A DNA stretch of 63,754 nucleotides, filler included, from Atractiella rhizophila (lineage: Eukaryota), in the NCBI GenBank assembly GCA_021432655.1. It is 4 parts of 3 records of this genome, joined end to end, with 100 filler letters (N's around TTAATTAATTAA, not from the genome) between each part and the next. Parts side by side here need not be neighbours in the genome. Positions count along the whole stretch, not along the records: positions 1 to 28,665 come from MU271221.1; 3 more parts are not named here. One strand, given 5' to 3'. Below, piece after piece: positions 11,478 to 25,548 of the stretch. Every line of letters starts with the position of its first letter. Positions within the stretch are counted from its first letter, which is position 1. The notes beneath the pieces were generated by a model, which saw nothing but the letters and a program-made list of their open reading frames with translations, did not search any database and was not told where the DNA came from. The position numbers and the translations under genes are program-made.

Positions 11478-14400
11478 TTAATCGTGCTTATCAGTGTAAA
11501 TACGAACAGCAATGTTCATAGCCTGCAATTCCTGGAAGAGAAGCTGTTCCATTCGTCAATACCTCGGCTTGAATACGAACAAGGAGCTCACCTTGGCAGC
11601 ATAAGGGATGTGAATTTGGGAAACTATCATCACTGCATTAGAACAAACCTGTTCATGAGGGCACAACACGTACTTGCTGTCCGATTCTTGCAAGACCGAC
11701 ACTCAAGAGTTCCTTTCTTCAGGTTGGCGATCGCCACCATTCCACAGCTAGGAAGTTCCATTAGAAGAGCCGCGACCAGAATAATGAATAACGTACATGT
11801 CACAGATATGTAACCGATAGCCATCACTCACATCAAACATTCGTTCCTTGAGAAAGCTGGCTATCCCGTGAGAAATCATACAATCCCGCTGATACAAACA
11901 TTAGAATCATCAACAAAGAGAAGAGACGGCATACCTCCATCTCTCCAAAGCGAAGCCCACCGTCTCGACTTCTTCCCTCCACAGGCTGTCTTGTTAAAAT
12001 CTGGACGGGACCCCTCGCTCTGGAGTGAATCTTATCGTCCACCATGTGCTTTAGGCGCTGATAGTATGTTGGTCCCAAGTAGACTTGAGCCTGTAGCTTT
12101 CTCCCAGTATGCCCATTGTACATGATCTCCAACCCTCGTGAATGATAACCGTTGTTTCTCAGAAGAGCTGAAACGTCCTCCACCGTAACATCGCTGAAAG
12201 GAGTTGCATCTCCTTCGTTTCCGGTGATCGTTGAGAGCTTGCTTAGCAAACATTCGACAAGATGGCCGATCGTCATTCGAGATGGGATGGCGTGAGGGTT
12301 GATGATTATATCGGGGGTTATGCCTTCAGCCGTAAATGGCATATCTTCCTGTCGATAGGTAATCCCAATCGTACCCTTCTGACCGTGTCGAGAAGCAAAC
12401 TTGTCGCCAATTTGAGGAATGCGAATTGACCGTATTCGCACCTTTGCAAACTTCAAACCTTCGGCATTCGTAGACATTAGGACTTGGTCGACGATCCCGC
12501 TTTCTGTACTCTTCAGCGGCGTCGAACAATCTCGTTTTGTGTGCATCTGCGTCTTCTGTCCTAACTCTTCGCTGTCGGCAGGGATGGGGGCAGTCTTTCC
12601 AATGATAATGTCTTCTCCGGATACTCGTTCACCAGGAATGATGAGCCCATCCTTGTCGATCTTGTCGTACGTTCCATGCTTCATCTTCAGCGTCGTGTCC
12701 CTTGTCGGCTTCTCAAACTGTTCCATCGTAAGGATTCCAGTTTTCTTTTCCATGTCTGTGTAACTTCGATAGTAGATTGAACGGAAGAGTCCACGGTCGA
12801 TAGAGCTTTGATTCATGATGACAGAGTCTTCTTGGTTGTAACCGCTGTAGCAAAGGATAGCAACGATAGCGTTCTGACCTGCAGGGAGCTCTCGGAAGTG
12901 AAGGTAATGCATCGAACGAGTGGTCGCAAGTGGTTTCTGAGGGTAGAATAAAACATTGGCCATCGTGTCCATACGCTGGAGGTAATTTGTCAGGTAAACG
13001 CCCATCGCTTGCTTGCCCATAGCGGACTGATACGTATTACGAGGAGACTGTTCCCGGACATCAGCTTGAATCAGGCGCAGAGGGACAAGTACCCACCTGG
13101 TTGTGGTCAGGGAAAGGAATGATGCTTGCACATATGCCTAAAATCATAGCCGGGTGAATCTCGCAATGCGTCCAGGTGTGGGCATACATCGAGCTCGACG
13201 TTCTGAACCTGGCACCCGTGTCAAGCGCGTTATCTTTCTCCGCGTATCCTTGATCGTGCGCCTGTTTCGAGCTGGCCAAATCTTCAGGGCTCATACAGAT
13301 CATGACTGTCTCTTCCTCCTCCGCATCCAGATACTCCACAACACCCTGACTCATCATCTCCTTCCAAGTCAACTTGTTCTCCTCATCTGTGAGAGCATTG
13401 ATGTGATCCTTCGTGATGACCAATTGCTGATTCTCCACAATAAAGAGCGGTCTACAAACTCGTCCCGAGTCCGTATAAAGCCTTAACTCCTTCTCTCGTA
13501 CATCTCGCACAATCGAAACCTCATCACTGATATCCTGACTCCTCCTCAACCGCTTCAACGTCCCCACCAAACTGGCCGGATCGCGATGAACTCCTTGCCA
13601 GACACCATTGACGAAGACTTTGGTGCCAGTCTTGAGCGCATCCGTCCCATAATCTTCCAAGTTTTCCATTCCCCATTCCTCCAGAAACTGCAAGATCGGC
13701 GCACTCGGACTGCCAACGGAGACGTACGCCATGAGTGCGAGATTCTTGACCAGTCCACAAGCCTGACCTTCAGGCGTCTCAGCGGGGCAAACCATTCCCC
13801 AATGGGTGTTGTGGAGCTGACGAGGCTTGGCAATCTTTCCGTCTCGACCTATCGGAGCGTTGCAACGTCGGAGATGGGAGAGGGTAGAGGCGAAGGTGTA
13901 GCGGTTCAAGACTTGGGATACTCCGGCTTTGGCGGACATCATTTTCTTCTGGTCTCCCCAGTTTCCGGTGGCGAGAGAGTAGCGGAGACCGTTGGTTATT
14001 GTGCCGGATTTGATGGCCTGGTTGAGTTGGAAGGGACGCTGAAGCTCGACGCACTGTCATTCCACCCATTAATCGTTCAACTTCGGTAGTAAGATATGAG
14101 TAAACGAGCACTGACTTTTTGTAGATGTCGATACACATCCTTTGTCAGCTTCCTAAACAGCATCCTGAACAACCCAGAAAGCAACGGTCCGGCAAGATCG
14201 AGCCTCTTCTTCCCAAGGTGATCACGATCGTCCAGTTCGCGTCTCTCCAAACTTGCCAGAAGCAAACGATGAATCATATATCCGAAAAAGAAAGCCTTCT
14301 TCGGGGTCGAACCTTCGCTCATCGAAATATGTGGCAACATCTCCTTCTGCAAAATCTCCTGCGCATATCTCAACCTCCTCTCCTTATTCAATCCAGCCGT

Positions 14401-15869
14401 CGTCCCTCTCCTCCCGATAAAATCCAGCGCATTCTCCTTCGTCTGAATGGGGAACGCTTCCTCCAACGAAGGTTTGAGACGTTCGAAAAGCTCAATGTCC
14501 TCCCTATCGTAACAAATGTGATCGAGAATGTCACGGTCGGGAATGATGCCCAGAGCACGGAAGACGATGATGATTGGGATGTCGTTGCGGATGTACGGGA
14601 GGGTGGTTCGGATGGTTGGACCGGCAGATTTATCGCCTCGTGCAAACATCTTTACTTGCATCGTGCTGATCGTCTTTCCTCCTTTCTCTACCGCCGATCG
14701 GATCTCTGAAAGATAGGACACAGGGGAGGGAGCAGCTTTGGCGAAGACGTAGACGTGATTGGCGGCCATTCGTTCTTGAGCAATGAGTACCTTCTCAGAT
14801 CCATTGATGACGAAATATCCTCCCTATGAACACGCCCATCACCATTTGTGGCCATCCAAGATTAGTAAGGACGCACCTTATCGTAAGGACACTCATTGAG
14901 CTCATACAAACTATCGTCATCCAACTCGCTAAGCGTACAAAAGTCGCTCCTCAACATGATCGGCACCTTCCCAACGTAGACTTTACTAGCACCATCCTCC
15001 GCGCTCTCTCTCGCCGTCTCCTCCTTATCCAGCTCCCACTCATAATCTCCATCCGGTCCAGGTTCGTTCGACTTGGCGATGAGGACCCGTTTGCGGATGT
15101 CGACGTAGAGAGGGGCGGAATAGGTCAGGTTTCGAAGACGCGCTTCGTTGGGATAGAGGAGTTGCACGGACCCATCGGCTTCTGTCATCGTGGGCTTCGA
15201 GAGGTAGATTTGACCAAAGTTGATCTCGTACCGCCGCTATAGGTGCGGAAGGATAGAAGGAAAGCATGGTTCAGTATACTATTGAGTACACAACTCGACA
15301 AGAGATTCATTCGGGAGAAAATAGGACAAATCAAGAATGTGGTATCATTCATTGACTTGGCCATGCCGCGACAAATAAAGTACATCAATAGTTGATCATG
15401 CTGACGGGTAGCCAGAAACAGAAACAGTGAGGGGGAGTAAGACTTCCCGTACAGACGACGTCTCGTTCCCAAACTTTGCGTGGCAAAATTAGCAGAACAA
15501 AGACGACTCACCGTCACGTCTCCGCTCCTCCCCGTATGCTGCATTCCCTGATCCAACACCAAACTAGCATTCTCATCCACCAATTCCTGCATCGTGTTAT
15601 GCACGAACTCATCGAAACTTGCCAGCTGTTGCGTGACCAGAGTCTTGTCTTGGAAGTAGGCGGCGACGACGTGCCAGCAGTCTTCTTGGGTTATCGTCTC
15701 GTTGTCATACTCATATCCTTTCTGTGGATATTGGGGTTGGGAGTAGTAAGTGTCTTGGGTGGTTTGAGTGTAACCGGGGTAGGAGGAGTAGTTGGAAGAG
15801 AAACCGTCTGGCACGACGGTGAGCGTCGACCGTACCCGTACAATGAGAGAAAGACATACAGGAAGACAT
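11478..15869 (-). CDS. RPB2: RNA polymerase II second-largest subunit
   Basis: [83 protein letters not shown]-terminal zinc-binding Cys; first exon ATG TCT TCC T at 15869. Confidence 0.99.
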
Positions 15870-16863
15870 TACGACCGAATGGAGATAATTTATATACTTT
15901 TTATTGCGTTTTACTGATTTTCTATGCTAAACTGTTGCAAGACGCGCCACCAACCCTTTCCGAGTATTCTTTCTGCACGACCGCTTAAATTTCAGTCCCT
16001 CCCTTGATCTCTAATGTTCCCAAAACCTTGCAATGCAGCCCGTCGATCGAGAGTGTCGAGGAGGGCAAAGGGATTGAAGGTTGCTGGATGCCAAATGGTT
16101 GTCCAGTGTAAGTCAGCAATGGTAAGTTCACAAATCTTTCACAGGCCTTGCACATGGAGAGTCATACACTTTGCTGTAGTCACAAACTACGTGATCGGCT
16201 GCATCTCAAGTGGCGCAAGAACGACGACAGTTCTGAGGTCCCAGTATTGGACAGGATAGGAAGGTAGCAGGGCCGGATTGAGATATTATAGCTGGGTGTA
16301 GCGTTGGCTGACTACTGGTAAGCCTTCCTTCTGGTGTTGTTGGGAGTGCGAGAACCCCTTGGGTCGTCAGGAGTCTCGCAAGGATGTGATATGTTGAGCT
16401 CAAATCCTCAATAGAGCATTCTATTTCCCGATCATATTTATCTCTAGTCAAAACGTAGTACACTAGATGTGTCCACAGTGATCTCAAACGCGTAAACTGT
16501 CTGCAAGCTTGTGGATAATATAGCGTTAGCTCTTTGGCATTTATCCTCTAATATATTGCTTGCTATTAAGCCATCTGTTTGAGAAACATTTCTGTTTCTT
16601 CAGTAATATAGTCAAAATTGACGCGAACTCCTGCTTGTCGTGGAATGAGAGACCAGTTATGAACTGTACATGTGCAGAGCAGAACACGTTATGTTATGAT
16701 CATTTGACCTGCTGTTTATGTGTTGAGCGTACCTGAGCTTTGACTCCCTTAATGTTTATATGTTCACAAGAGAGCTTTCTGGCCCTTGGCATTATGCAAT
16801 GTTTAACTTGCTTTGGCGCATGATAAATGCTAACAAAAGATCGATTGTTCCGACCAGATCACC

Positions 16864-19800
16864 ATGACTTCCACCACCTCACCAACCTCCGCTCGTCCTC
16901 CGCACAAACGCGCCATCTCCCATCCACACCTACTCAACAAACCCGCCTCTCCCATCTCCGCCGCCGACGCTCTACCGACCTACGTCTCCTTTCCACACAG
17001 CCATCACGTCCATTTTCCCGACATGGACGATCCAGACGGAGAAGCAGAAGGTGAGGGCATGACGGGAAGCATGCTTGGTTGGGTGAAGCGTATCGTTTCC
17101 GGTGGTTCGACCGTCAGCGCCGGTTCAACGTCAACAATTACTCATGGGAGAGAAGCAGGGACGAATAGCTACTTGTCATCGGTAACAGCTACAGGCAGTG
17201 GAAGCGGGAGCGCGACCCCTGCCATTTCCACGATCGGAGCGAACAGCGTCGCTGGGAGAGAGGAAGCGAGCGAAGCTGCCGAGCGATTGAAGGGACTGTT
17301 AGCTGCACGCGAACGGGGCAGCGATGGATCCCTGGCATCCATGAATCGTCCACCTCCTCCAAACCCCTCCCACCTCAAGAACCCACATCTCGCTCTCTAT
17401 CCCACCCATTCTTTCGCCTCCACACTCTCTCCAACGACCGCTCATCGGAGTGGCGTCCAAACACCCGCTATATCCTCTATTGGCATTCCTGGATTTTCGT
17501 TGAGGAGGACGGAAACCATCGATTCAGACGATGATAGACGTAGCATCAGGAGTAGCAATACTCTGGCTGGTGCAATGCAGAGCAGCATGGTGCATGCGTT
17601 CAGGAGGTTTGGAGGAGGAGCGGCTAATGAGGAGTATAAGAAGTACTGGATGGCGGACGACACTACGGATACGTGCGAGGCTTGTAAACAGCATTTTCAT
17701 ACGTTTCGGCGGAAGCATCATTGTACGTTACCCACCTCCTCCCTCCTTTCCACAGTGGTGTTTGACATGGCTGTGGGATGGACAGGTCGAGTTTGCGGTC
17801 TGATCTTCTGCTCCCAATGCGCATATCAGTTCATCCCCGGTCCTCCTCTTGGTCTCCCCGAAGCGGCAGTCCGAGTGTGCAACGACTGTTGGAGGAAGAC
17901 CTCGCACGCTCGCATCCGAGGTCGCATCTCAGCACCGATCAACAACGCCCATAACAATACCCTCACCAGCAACACTTTCTCTCCCGTCTCTCGGTCACCC
18001 TCCCCCTCTTCAACCTATTCCGATTCCGAATTCGAGGAAGAATCAGGCGATGATGATGAGGACCTCGATCCGAAGCGCGCACCGTTTAGACGGAAGAGGT
18101 TGAAGAGCACCATCGCTCCGCCGATAGATAAGGTCGTGGAGAGGATGGACTTTTTTGGACCCAGGACGCGACATAAGAAGAGGATGAGTCGGAGTCGCGC
18201 AAGGATCGATGAGGAGGAGGAAGGAGCGGATGGCGATGGCGATGCTGAAGGGAAAGGAGCGGACGTGGAGAGATTACAGAGTGGGAGGAAGAGCAGAACT
18301 GAGGCTCTCGCGACGACAACGACCAGGAAGGTGTCGGTGAATGAGGATCGAAGCGACACGCCGATTGGAGCGTTTACGGGAATGGCAAAGGTGCCGAGGA
18401 GCTTGAGGAGCCCGGTTTATGAGACTAGGGATAGAAAGGATTCGAGCGCGAATTATACTGCTATTCCCGCTGGAGAGGAGCTTACGATGCACGCCTTCGA
18501 TTATCTACGGTTAATGATTCGTCAACATCTCAATAGGCTGGAAGTGCCAGGTGTACAACAGTGGGAGGGTGAGATGATCAGGCTCCTGATCAAAGTCGCA
18601 AAGTACATTAAGTTGGATGCTCGACGAGGAGATCCAATGGATATTCGCAACTTTGTCAAGATCAAGAGGATCCCAGGAGGTCGTACACAGGATTCAGAGT
18701 ACGTTGATGGGTATATTTGCTCGAAGAATCTCTTGCACAAGCAGATGGAGAGAACTGTGCAATTCCCTAAAATTGTGCTGTGTGATCTGGGCAATGCATC
18801 CCGAGAGGAGCCAGAGGAGGAAAAGGCGAAGAAGGGAGGTTTTGAGTACCTCAATGATGTGAGGAGGCAAGAGGACATCAGAGTTCGAGCCTTGAATTCA
18901 CTGGGCGATCGTGGTGCTGACGTTCTTCTCTTCTCTTTTCGAGTCCCTCGACAAGTCCTCGAGCATCTCAGCAAGAAGGGTGTTTCGGTAGCTCACGATG
19001 TCAAATATCGAACAATGGAAGCCGTCGAACGAATCACCCGAGCGAGTATAGTCACCGTTCCTGAATTAGAGGCATACATTGTGAAAATGGACGAATGGGA
19101 GACTAAAGAGACGAAAGAGAAGGAGAAGAAGGAGAGGGAAAAGGAGGACACGAAAAGGAGCGGACTTTTCTCCCTTCTCAAGTCGAAGGAGAAGGAAGAA
19201 TCTCCCGCCCCACCTCCTATCACTTTTGGCGAGTGCACCACCTTCCGCCTGCACACCTACGTCCACACCTTCATCCCTGAGCGACGAAAAACGATCATGC
19301 GTTTCGAAGGCTGCCCAAAGGACCTAGGATGCTCGCTTCTCCTTCGAGGAGGGACACTAGAGAACCTGGGAAAGGTGAAGCGAACGCTTGACATGATGGT
19401 CCAGCTTGTCTACAGCCTTAAGCTTGAATGTCACCTGTTAAAAGAGGAGGGTGCCGGACCAGTTTGGCCGCTCAGGTTCGATCGAGGAGTCTCTGAAAAT
19501 GCGGAGACCACCTTCTCAAAAGAGAAGAGAAATATCGCTTTTGAGACATTGGAACGGGATCGGCATGGATTCGAGCGGGCAAGGCTGAGTCGGAGGATTC
19601 AAGATAGCTTGAGGCCGTATACTGAGGTTTATTTGAGCGGAAGTCCAAGTGTCAGGTTTCAACCTCCCTATCCCCTAGCTATCATGGAGAGGTTGGATAG
19701 AGAGGTGAACCTTCTTCGACGACGCTGGGCTGAGAAGGAAGCGGAATTAGCGAAGAGACGGGCTCAGATGGCCGATGACGATGACGAGAAGGAGAAGCTG

Positions 19801-22800
19801 CCCACTGAGATCGAGGTCGATCCGGAGAAGGCACTTGAGAAGATGGAGCAACAGTATGATGGGAAGATGGCTCAAAAGGAGAAGGACAAGATGGAGGACA
19901 AGAAATATCAGACTCTGGACAGCGTCAGTGGCATAGGCACCCTTATTGCCCAGAGATTGTCGATTTCGGATCGTTTCTTTGGCTCTCAGAACCCTAGCCC
20001 GTCGACTGAACCTGTCGATGCAGGCACACGCCAGGCCAAGTTCGACGAAAAATTCAACCAAGTTCTTGTTAAATCTGAGGATTTGTTTCTACTGGCCCAG
20101 TTGCAAGAGATGGAAGTTCGACATACCGAACGTCTCAGAGCTTGGGAGAACTACTTGATCCTAAACCAAGATAAGTTCACTCCTGAAGACCATCAAAACA
20201 TCTGCCTTCTCCAGAGTACGGTCTCCGTCGAAACAAAGCAACCTTGTCGTGGACCGCTTCTCGAGCAAATATCGTTCTACAACTTACACGACTTCACGGT
20301 GGGACAAGTTATAGAGAGTCGCTTCAATGACTTCAACCAGATCTGTACAGCACAAAAGTGTGGAAAGCCAAACCACAAGCATTACCACACTTGGGTCCAT
20401 GGAGACGTCAAGCTGATGATGGAATACGAAAGGAAGCTTCCGAAGGAGTTAGAAGACAAGTTTCAGCAGATGGGAGAAGACATCCAGATGGCCAGTACCT
20501 GCAAGCGCTGCAACTCAGGTCCTCGCTGGAGCTATGTGTCGCAAGAGACATGGAGATACAGCTTCGGAAAATTCCTACAGACTTGCTTTTACCCTGACAA
20601 TCTCGTCACCAATGGGGTTGAGGGATGCCAGCATAATCCAGTTTTAGACTATGAGCGAAGGTTCGTAAAGGAGAAGAAATGCTGCCTAGTTTTCACTGCA
20701 GAAAAGGGTGAGCTGTCTCAGGAACTTGGAGTTTTAGCTGATCGTGAATAGTTCAACTCGCCGACATCGTTGTACCTCCGCTCCAGGTTCGAACCTCCCC
20801 TTCCCGTCAACTTCAACTTCGCAATGAAGAGTACAAGTCACTCTACAGCCACAACGCTGCCTTTTGGGATTCGGTCCTTACTCGTATCCACACCTTCAGC
20901 CATGAGAGCGTTGCTGCTGAACTTCGGGAAGCCAGTCGAGCCGCGCTTTCGGACATCGAGAGAGCAGTAGCGTTAGATAGAGCAGAAATAATCAAATTGG
21001 CTGATGACGTTTATCGTCGCTGCACAGGCAATGGAATGGAGCTGAACTCTGTCTGGAAAATTCTCCACGTGAAGGCGTCTGACTTTAACCAACGTTTCGA
21101 GGAATTCCGACATCAGTTCTTCCCGTCCATTCTTTCTCATAAAGAATTCTCAAAGTTGACGAGTCAACAGTTCAGAAGGTTATACCCATCATTCGAGGAA
21201 TTCCGACATCAGTTCTTCCCGTCCATTCTTTCTCATAAAGAATTCTCAAAGTTGACGAGTCAACAGTTCAGAAGGTTATACCCATCTGTAGCTGACCGTT
21301 CTGCACGCTCAATATTTGGATCATTCGGAACTGAAGCATCGGGGAACACTCCCAGCGGGCTCCTTTCACCTGCCTCGGACTTCTCAGGATCAGAATCACC
21401 GTCACCAATGCCATTCTCGCTCAATCAGCTAACAGAGCTGGACGAAAAGATTGACAAAGAGCTTCACTCCCAAGTTCGGCGTGGCTCTGAATCAAGCGTT
21501 CAAAGCGACTCCGCTGCTTCCGAAGAAGTCAGTGTCGATACAGCACACTCGACTCTGAAAACGGGTTCGGTTCCACCTATCATTGAAACTGAAGAAGACA
21601 ATGGAAATGAGAGTGATTCGACAGCTCGTGGAGTGGACCATCCTAGCTCTTCCGCCGCGGAAGGATTCCCACTATCCGACGATAGCGACTCTCCTGAATC
21701 TACTCGAGCTAAAATACTGCGAACAAACGCTGTAGCTGCGCTGGTGAGAAAGTTTGATCCTCTTTCCGACGGCCCTGGAAGCCCTCCCATTTCTGGCATT
21801 CCGAGACCCAGTCGAAATCTCAAAATGAGCGATTCAGAATCGGAGGCGCGCCGCCCTCGACTGCCTCATAGCCGAACTGGAAGCAAGTTGCCCCGACCAA
21901 AGATCAACGAGAGCAATGAGATGATTTCAGAGGGAGAGGACACTCCTCGAAGAATCGGCAGTCCCTCAAATAAGTCTCGGTTTACATCCAGACCTTTAAA
22001 TCCACCAGACGTTGTTGCACAGTCACCATCTCTTCCTTCCGCCCGGCACACAAACACCAAGACTCGTTCTTCACGGTTTGGCAAACCCCACACCCCCAGT
22101 TCTCAACTATTCGGGTCTTTTACTAAGGACAGATCGCGCAGACGGACCAATGGGGATGATCGCGCTTCGGATGCCGAGCCTCTCCCTTTGAAAGGCACAA
22201 CCCGCCAAAATAAACCTTCAACATCGAAGGATGGGCTGAAGGCTAGCGAAAAGAAGTACAAAGGTCCGTTCTCGTTCGGAGGAAATGTATCTAGCATGGC
22301 CCGCAAGTGGGAACAATACGGACGTGCTCATCAAGCAAGATTCGACAACCGTCAAAAAGCGAGGCCATTGGTCAATCCAACAGTATCGGTTCACAATTTC
22401 GCCAACGCCAGAGCCGCTGTAAACGACTCCGATGATGAGGAAACGAAACCACCTAATGCAGAGCCTGATGATGGCTCCGAAGGTGACAACGAAGATGACA
22501 ACGAATCTCCCAGTAACAGTCGTGACAAACTGTCTGAACCTTCTGGTGTCGATCCTGAGCCGTTTCCGCCTGCACCGTCACCCCCTCTCCTTACTTCCGA
22601 ACCGCCCCCAATCACCCCAACTGAGACGCAGTCATCCTCCCTCCCTTCACCAGCCATATCTCAGACAGAAGAGCCTCCGTCACCTGTGTCCTATCATCGG
22701 CCGTCCACAGATTACGGACCATCGCCTGCACTGTCACCGCTTGTGCACAAGTCGTCTTATTTTTCGGACACGGAGAGCAATGCTGGAGGATCTGAAAGAG

Positions 22801-23942
22801 GCTCTATTCTGAAGACATTGACAAGCTTCTTCCCTTATCGTCACCCCGACTTCGCACCTATCAACTGGCCGCTGAGCAACACGGAGCACGTCTTCAAGGA
22901 CAATCAGGTTATTGTTAGGGAGGATGAGCCTTCCTCCATTGCAGCTTTCGCTCTGAGGTGAGCAGCATCTATGGTTGAAGATTCGAGCTGATGCGTGGGA
23001 AAGCTCCGAGAAATATTCCCACAATCTTGCTCAGCACAGGCGTTCAGACAATAACATAAAGTTAGGAAAGGGCAAAAGTGAAGTGTTCATGCCTGACGAT
23101 GGCGACGAGGCGAACAGCTCTCGAGCATCGACATGGGAGTACGTAGAAGCAGAAGCAAGCGCAGCAGTCAACGACTTAGAAGCGCGCCTATGCAGTCCTC
23201 GTGATTGTACTTTCCAACTGGGTGAGTGCCCACCTCCGATGGCCCCGTAATATAGTTTAATAAATGTCTAGACTTTGTCACCGATGACTTCAGTGACGAG
23301 AGGACAAAGGAGAAAACCAAGTTTCTTGCTATCTGCTTCTTTGCGGACCAGTTCGAAGCGCTCCGGCAAGTCTGCAAGTGCAACGACAACTTTGTAGAGA
23401 GCCTGTCGCGTTGTTCAAAATGGAACACTACTGGGGGTAAATCAGGGAGCGCCTTTTTCAAGACAATGGACGACAGGTTCATCATCAAAGAACTATCCAA
23501 AGCGGAGATGAAAAGTTTTGCGGACTTTGCACCGAGATATTTCCAGTACATGGCTAGAGCTCACTTCAGAGAGGTTCGTGTTGTCTCCTGGATTCAAAAA
23601 ACAATACTCAAAAGAAATGCAGAAAATTCCTACGCTTCTGGCCAAGATTTTTGGCGTTTACAAGATACACTTACGAAATCCGGCCACCAATCGGACAATT
23701 AAACTCAATATACTGGTGATGGAGAACCTACACTTTGACCGTACAATAACCAAGGTCGGTCTAATATCCTCTAAAACCTGCGTAGTCTCACGGTATCACA
23801 GAAATTCGACCTCAAAGGCTCAGTTCGCAACCGCCATGTTCAACTCAGTTCTGACAAGGGCAATCATGTCCTTTTAGATGAGAACTTGATCGAAATAGCG
23901 CATAAGGATCCACTCTTCGTTCGGGAGTTCTCCAAACGCCAT
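16864..23942 (+). CDS. FAB1: PI3P 5-kinase Fab1/PIKfyve; 3' end lies in the mirror-reversed block
   Basis: FYVE (YWMADD, RRKHHC-R across intron 17723-17785, RVC), TCP-1-like domain (VKIKRIPGG), Cys/His-rich region, kinase N-part ([34 protein letters not shown]); the normal frame loses homology after SKRH. Confidence 0.96.
21096..21286 (+). repeat. Exact tandem duplication, period 96 bp, in frame within FAB1
   Basis: 21096-21190 is identical to 21192-21286; [32 protein letters not shown] appears twice. Confidence 0.95.
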
Positions 23943-25206
23943 GGCGGTTGTCGCTTAGCTATCGTTTCTAGCTGTCCAGAGAGAACCAGGAACATGACCT
24001 AGTCCTGGCTGGCTGCTGAGCTCTCCTTCAGAGAACCCCCAACACCCATCCTCTACCTTTCTTAGCTACCAAGCTGTTTGTGGTCACATTGATCAAAGGG
24101 TATGGAAGGAAGTGGGGAGCGACTTCGAAGTATGTCACTAACAGAAACTGTTGCCAGCGTGACCGAAGTTGCCTCTTGTGAGGTACGAGCTACCCTGTGG
24201 GTGTAGGGCAGAGTTGCTGAAGGATGAAGCAAGGTAGCGGCGCGCGTGGGAAGGTAACCCTCTGAGCGCGGCGAGGAACGGAGGAGGGTGGTTTGAGGTT
24301 ACCCTAGAGTCGGCGCGCAGGGTTCTTGTGTAACCGTTTCGTCTTTCGCTGAAGTGTCGAGACTACCCGTTCGTAGTTGAGAGCCATGACCTGATGCGGC
24401 CCATACCTTTTGGGCTTTAGTTCAGCACCTTCTGTAGTGGACTAAGCACCCGAGTCTACCACTACGTCGACCGTATAACCTTCGAATCACGAGTGTTCTT
24501 CCGCTTTCGAAACCGCAACCGACCCTTCCTCCAGCCTCTCCCTCTCCTTCAGCCTCTCGAGCGACCTTGCATGCTCTCGACAGTCTGGGCAGCTAAGTTT
24601 GCTCCTGCGTGTCTCCAGTAAGCATGTCGGCCGTAACTTCAAGCTCTTACCACATTGTCGTACAGTCTACCTTTATAGAGGTCGCACTTCTCTGACCTTG
24701 AGAAGGCCTTCCGAAGACGACGAGTATAAGCGATGCGACCAACCCGTCGCCTCCCTGTCCCTCATCTGTCCGTAAACAAGCCACGCTGAAACGCTGAAGA
24801 TTTACCTCTAAAGAGATTGCGATTCGTCCGAATTTCGACAACGAGTTCCTCCTGCTCTTCTACGGTCTGTAAATGTGTCTAGGGAAGAAACTCTTCAGAT
24901 TCTTCACCCAGAACAGCTGTTCAGTCGAATCGAGACTTAAAAAGCTCCCTACCCCAATACCTCTTCCATACGCGGACTACGAAGACTCCTCTAGCGGTAC
25001 GAATGGAACCGGATCAACAACTTCTGCCTATACCCAACCGCATAAGACACTTGCTAGCGTCAGAAGCGAAATGTTAGTGTTGTTACTTACCCCTACGTCT
25101 CCAGGAGTCTCCTAAAAACCTCCTTAGCACGTCTCTCTGCTCTCGCTACCAGCTCCTTCGCTACTTCCTCCTCCGACGCAGGTTCCTTGTCGTTCGATTC
25201 GAGATC
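23943..25206. CDS. CAT2: 3' half of carnitine O-acetyltransferase, readable only as plain complement left to right (minus strand once the block is re-oriented)
   Basis: Complement reads ANSESIAKIDRSLLVLVLD...NRWFDKHQ/LIVFDNGRTGFNGEHSMLDGTPT...SPDSWAQMVMQLAY...GTYESCQTRRFKRGRTEVIR...GQGVDRHLF/G...LSTSQL...EQQAKL-stop, with three GT-AG introns. Confidence 0.95.
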
Positions 25207-25548
25207 TGTGTCCGCACATCTATTACAACGAGATACTTCTTCTATTACGGTAGTAAACACGCCTCACACCAGAAGAAGCAGGACGGACAGTCTTTACTTC
25301 TATGTAATCCCATTTACGAAACAACTTATGTTAACTAGATCGTGTTTGTTGTCCTCTGTTGACCGTCTTTTATGTGTTTATGCCGTTCCTTGAAATGTAG
25401 CATCTGAAGAACCTGTCTAGACAACCAACGTCCTCCCTTAGGCACCTTGGTCGTTACCTCGGTCAAAGTCAGAAGGGGCCGAGAGCTGAATGTAGGCCAA
25501 CGCGGATGTAGGACTTACAGTTACTGTACCACTGGTCCTCTTCTTTAA

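Noticed and set aside
11868..15242. Long plus-strand ORFs overlapping RPB2, and similar antisense ORFs over FAB1, CHL1 and the Spo71-like gene
   Set aside because: Antisense shadows of coding sequence with no motifs
15237..15511. TPP riboswitch in the RPB2 intron
   Set aside because: The conserved CUGAGA and CUGAU...AAU...AGCG core is not present
15812..15814. GTG start codon for RPB2 suggested by the ORF track
   Set aside because: It lies inside intron 1; a normal ATG exon starts at 15869
16000..16860. Another mirrored or hidden gene between RPB2 and FAB1; also 7400-8200 and 33520-34790
   Set aside because: Spot checks by eye found no recognisable protein; not exhaustive, so a computed reverse-only and complement-only scan is still advisable
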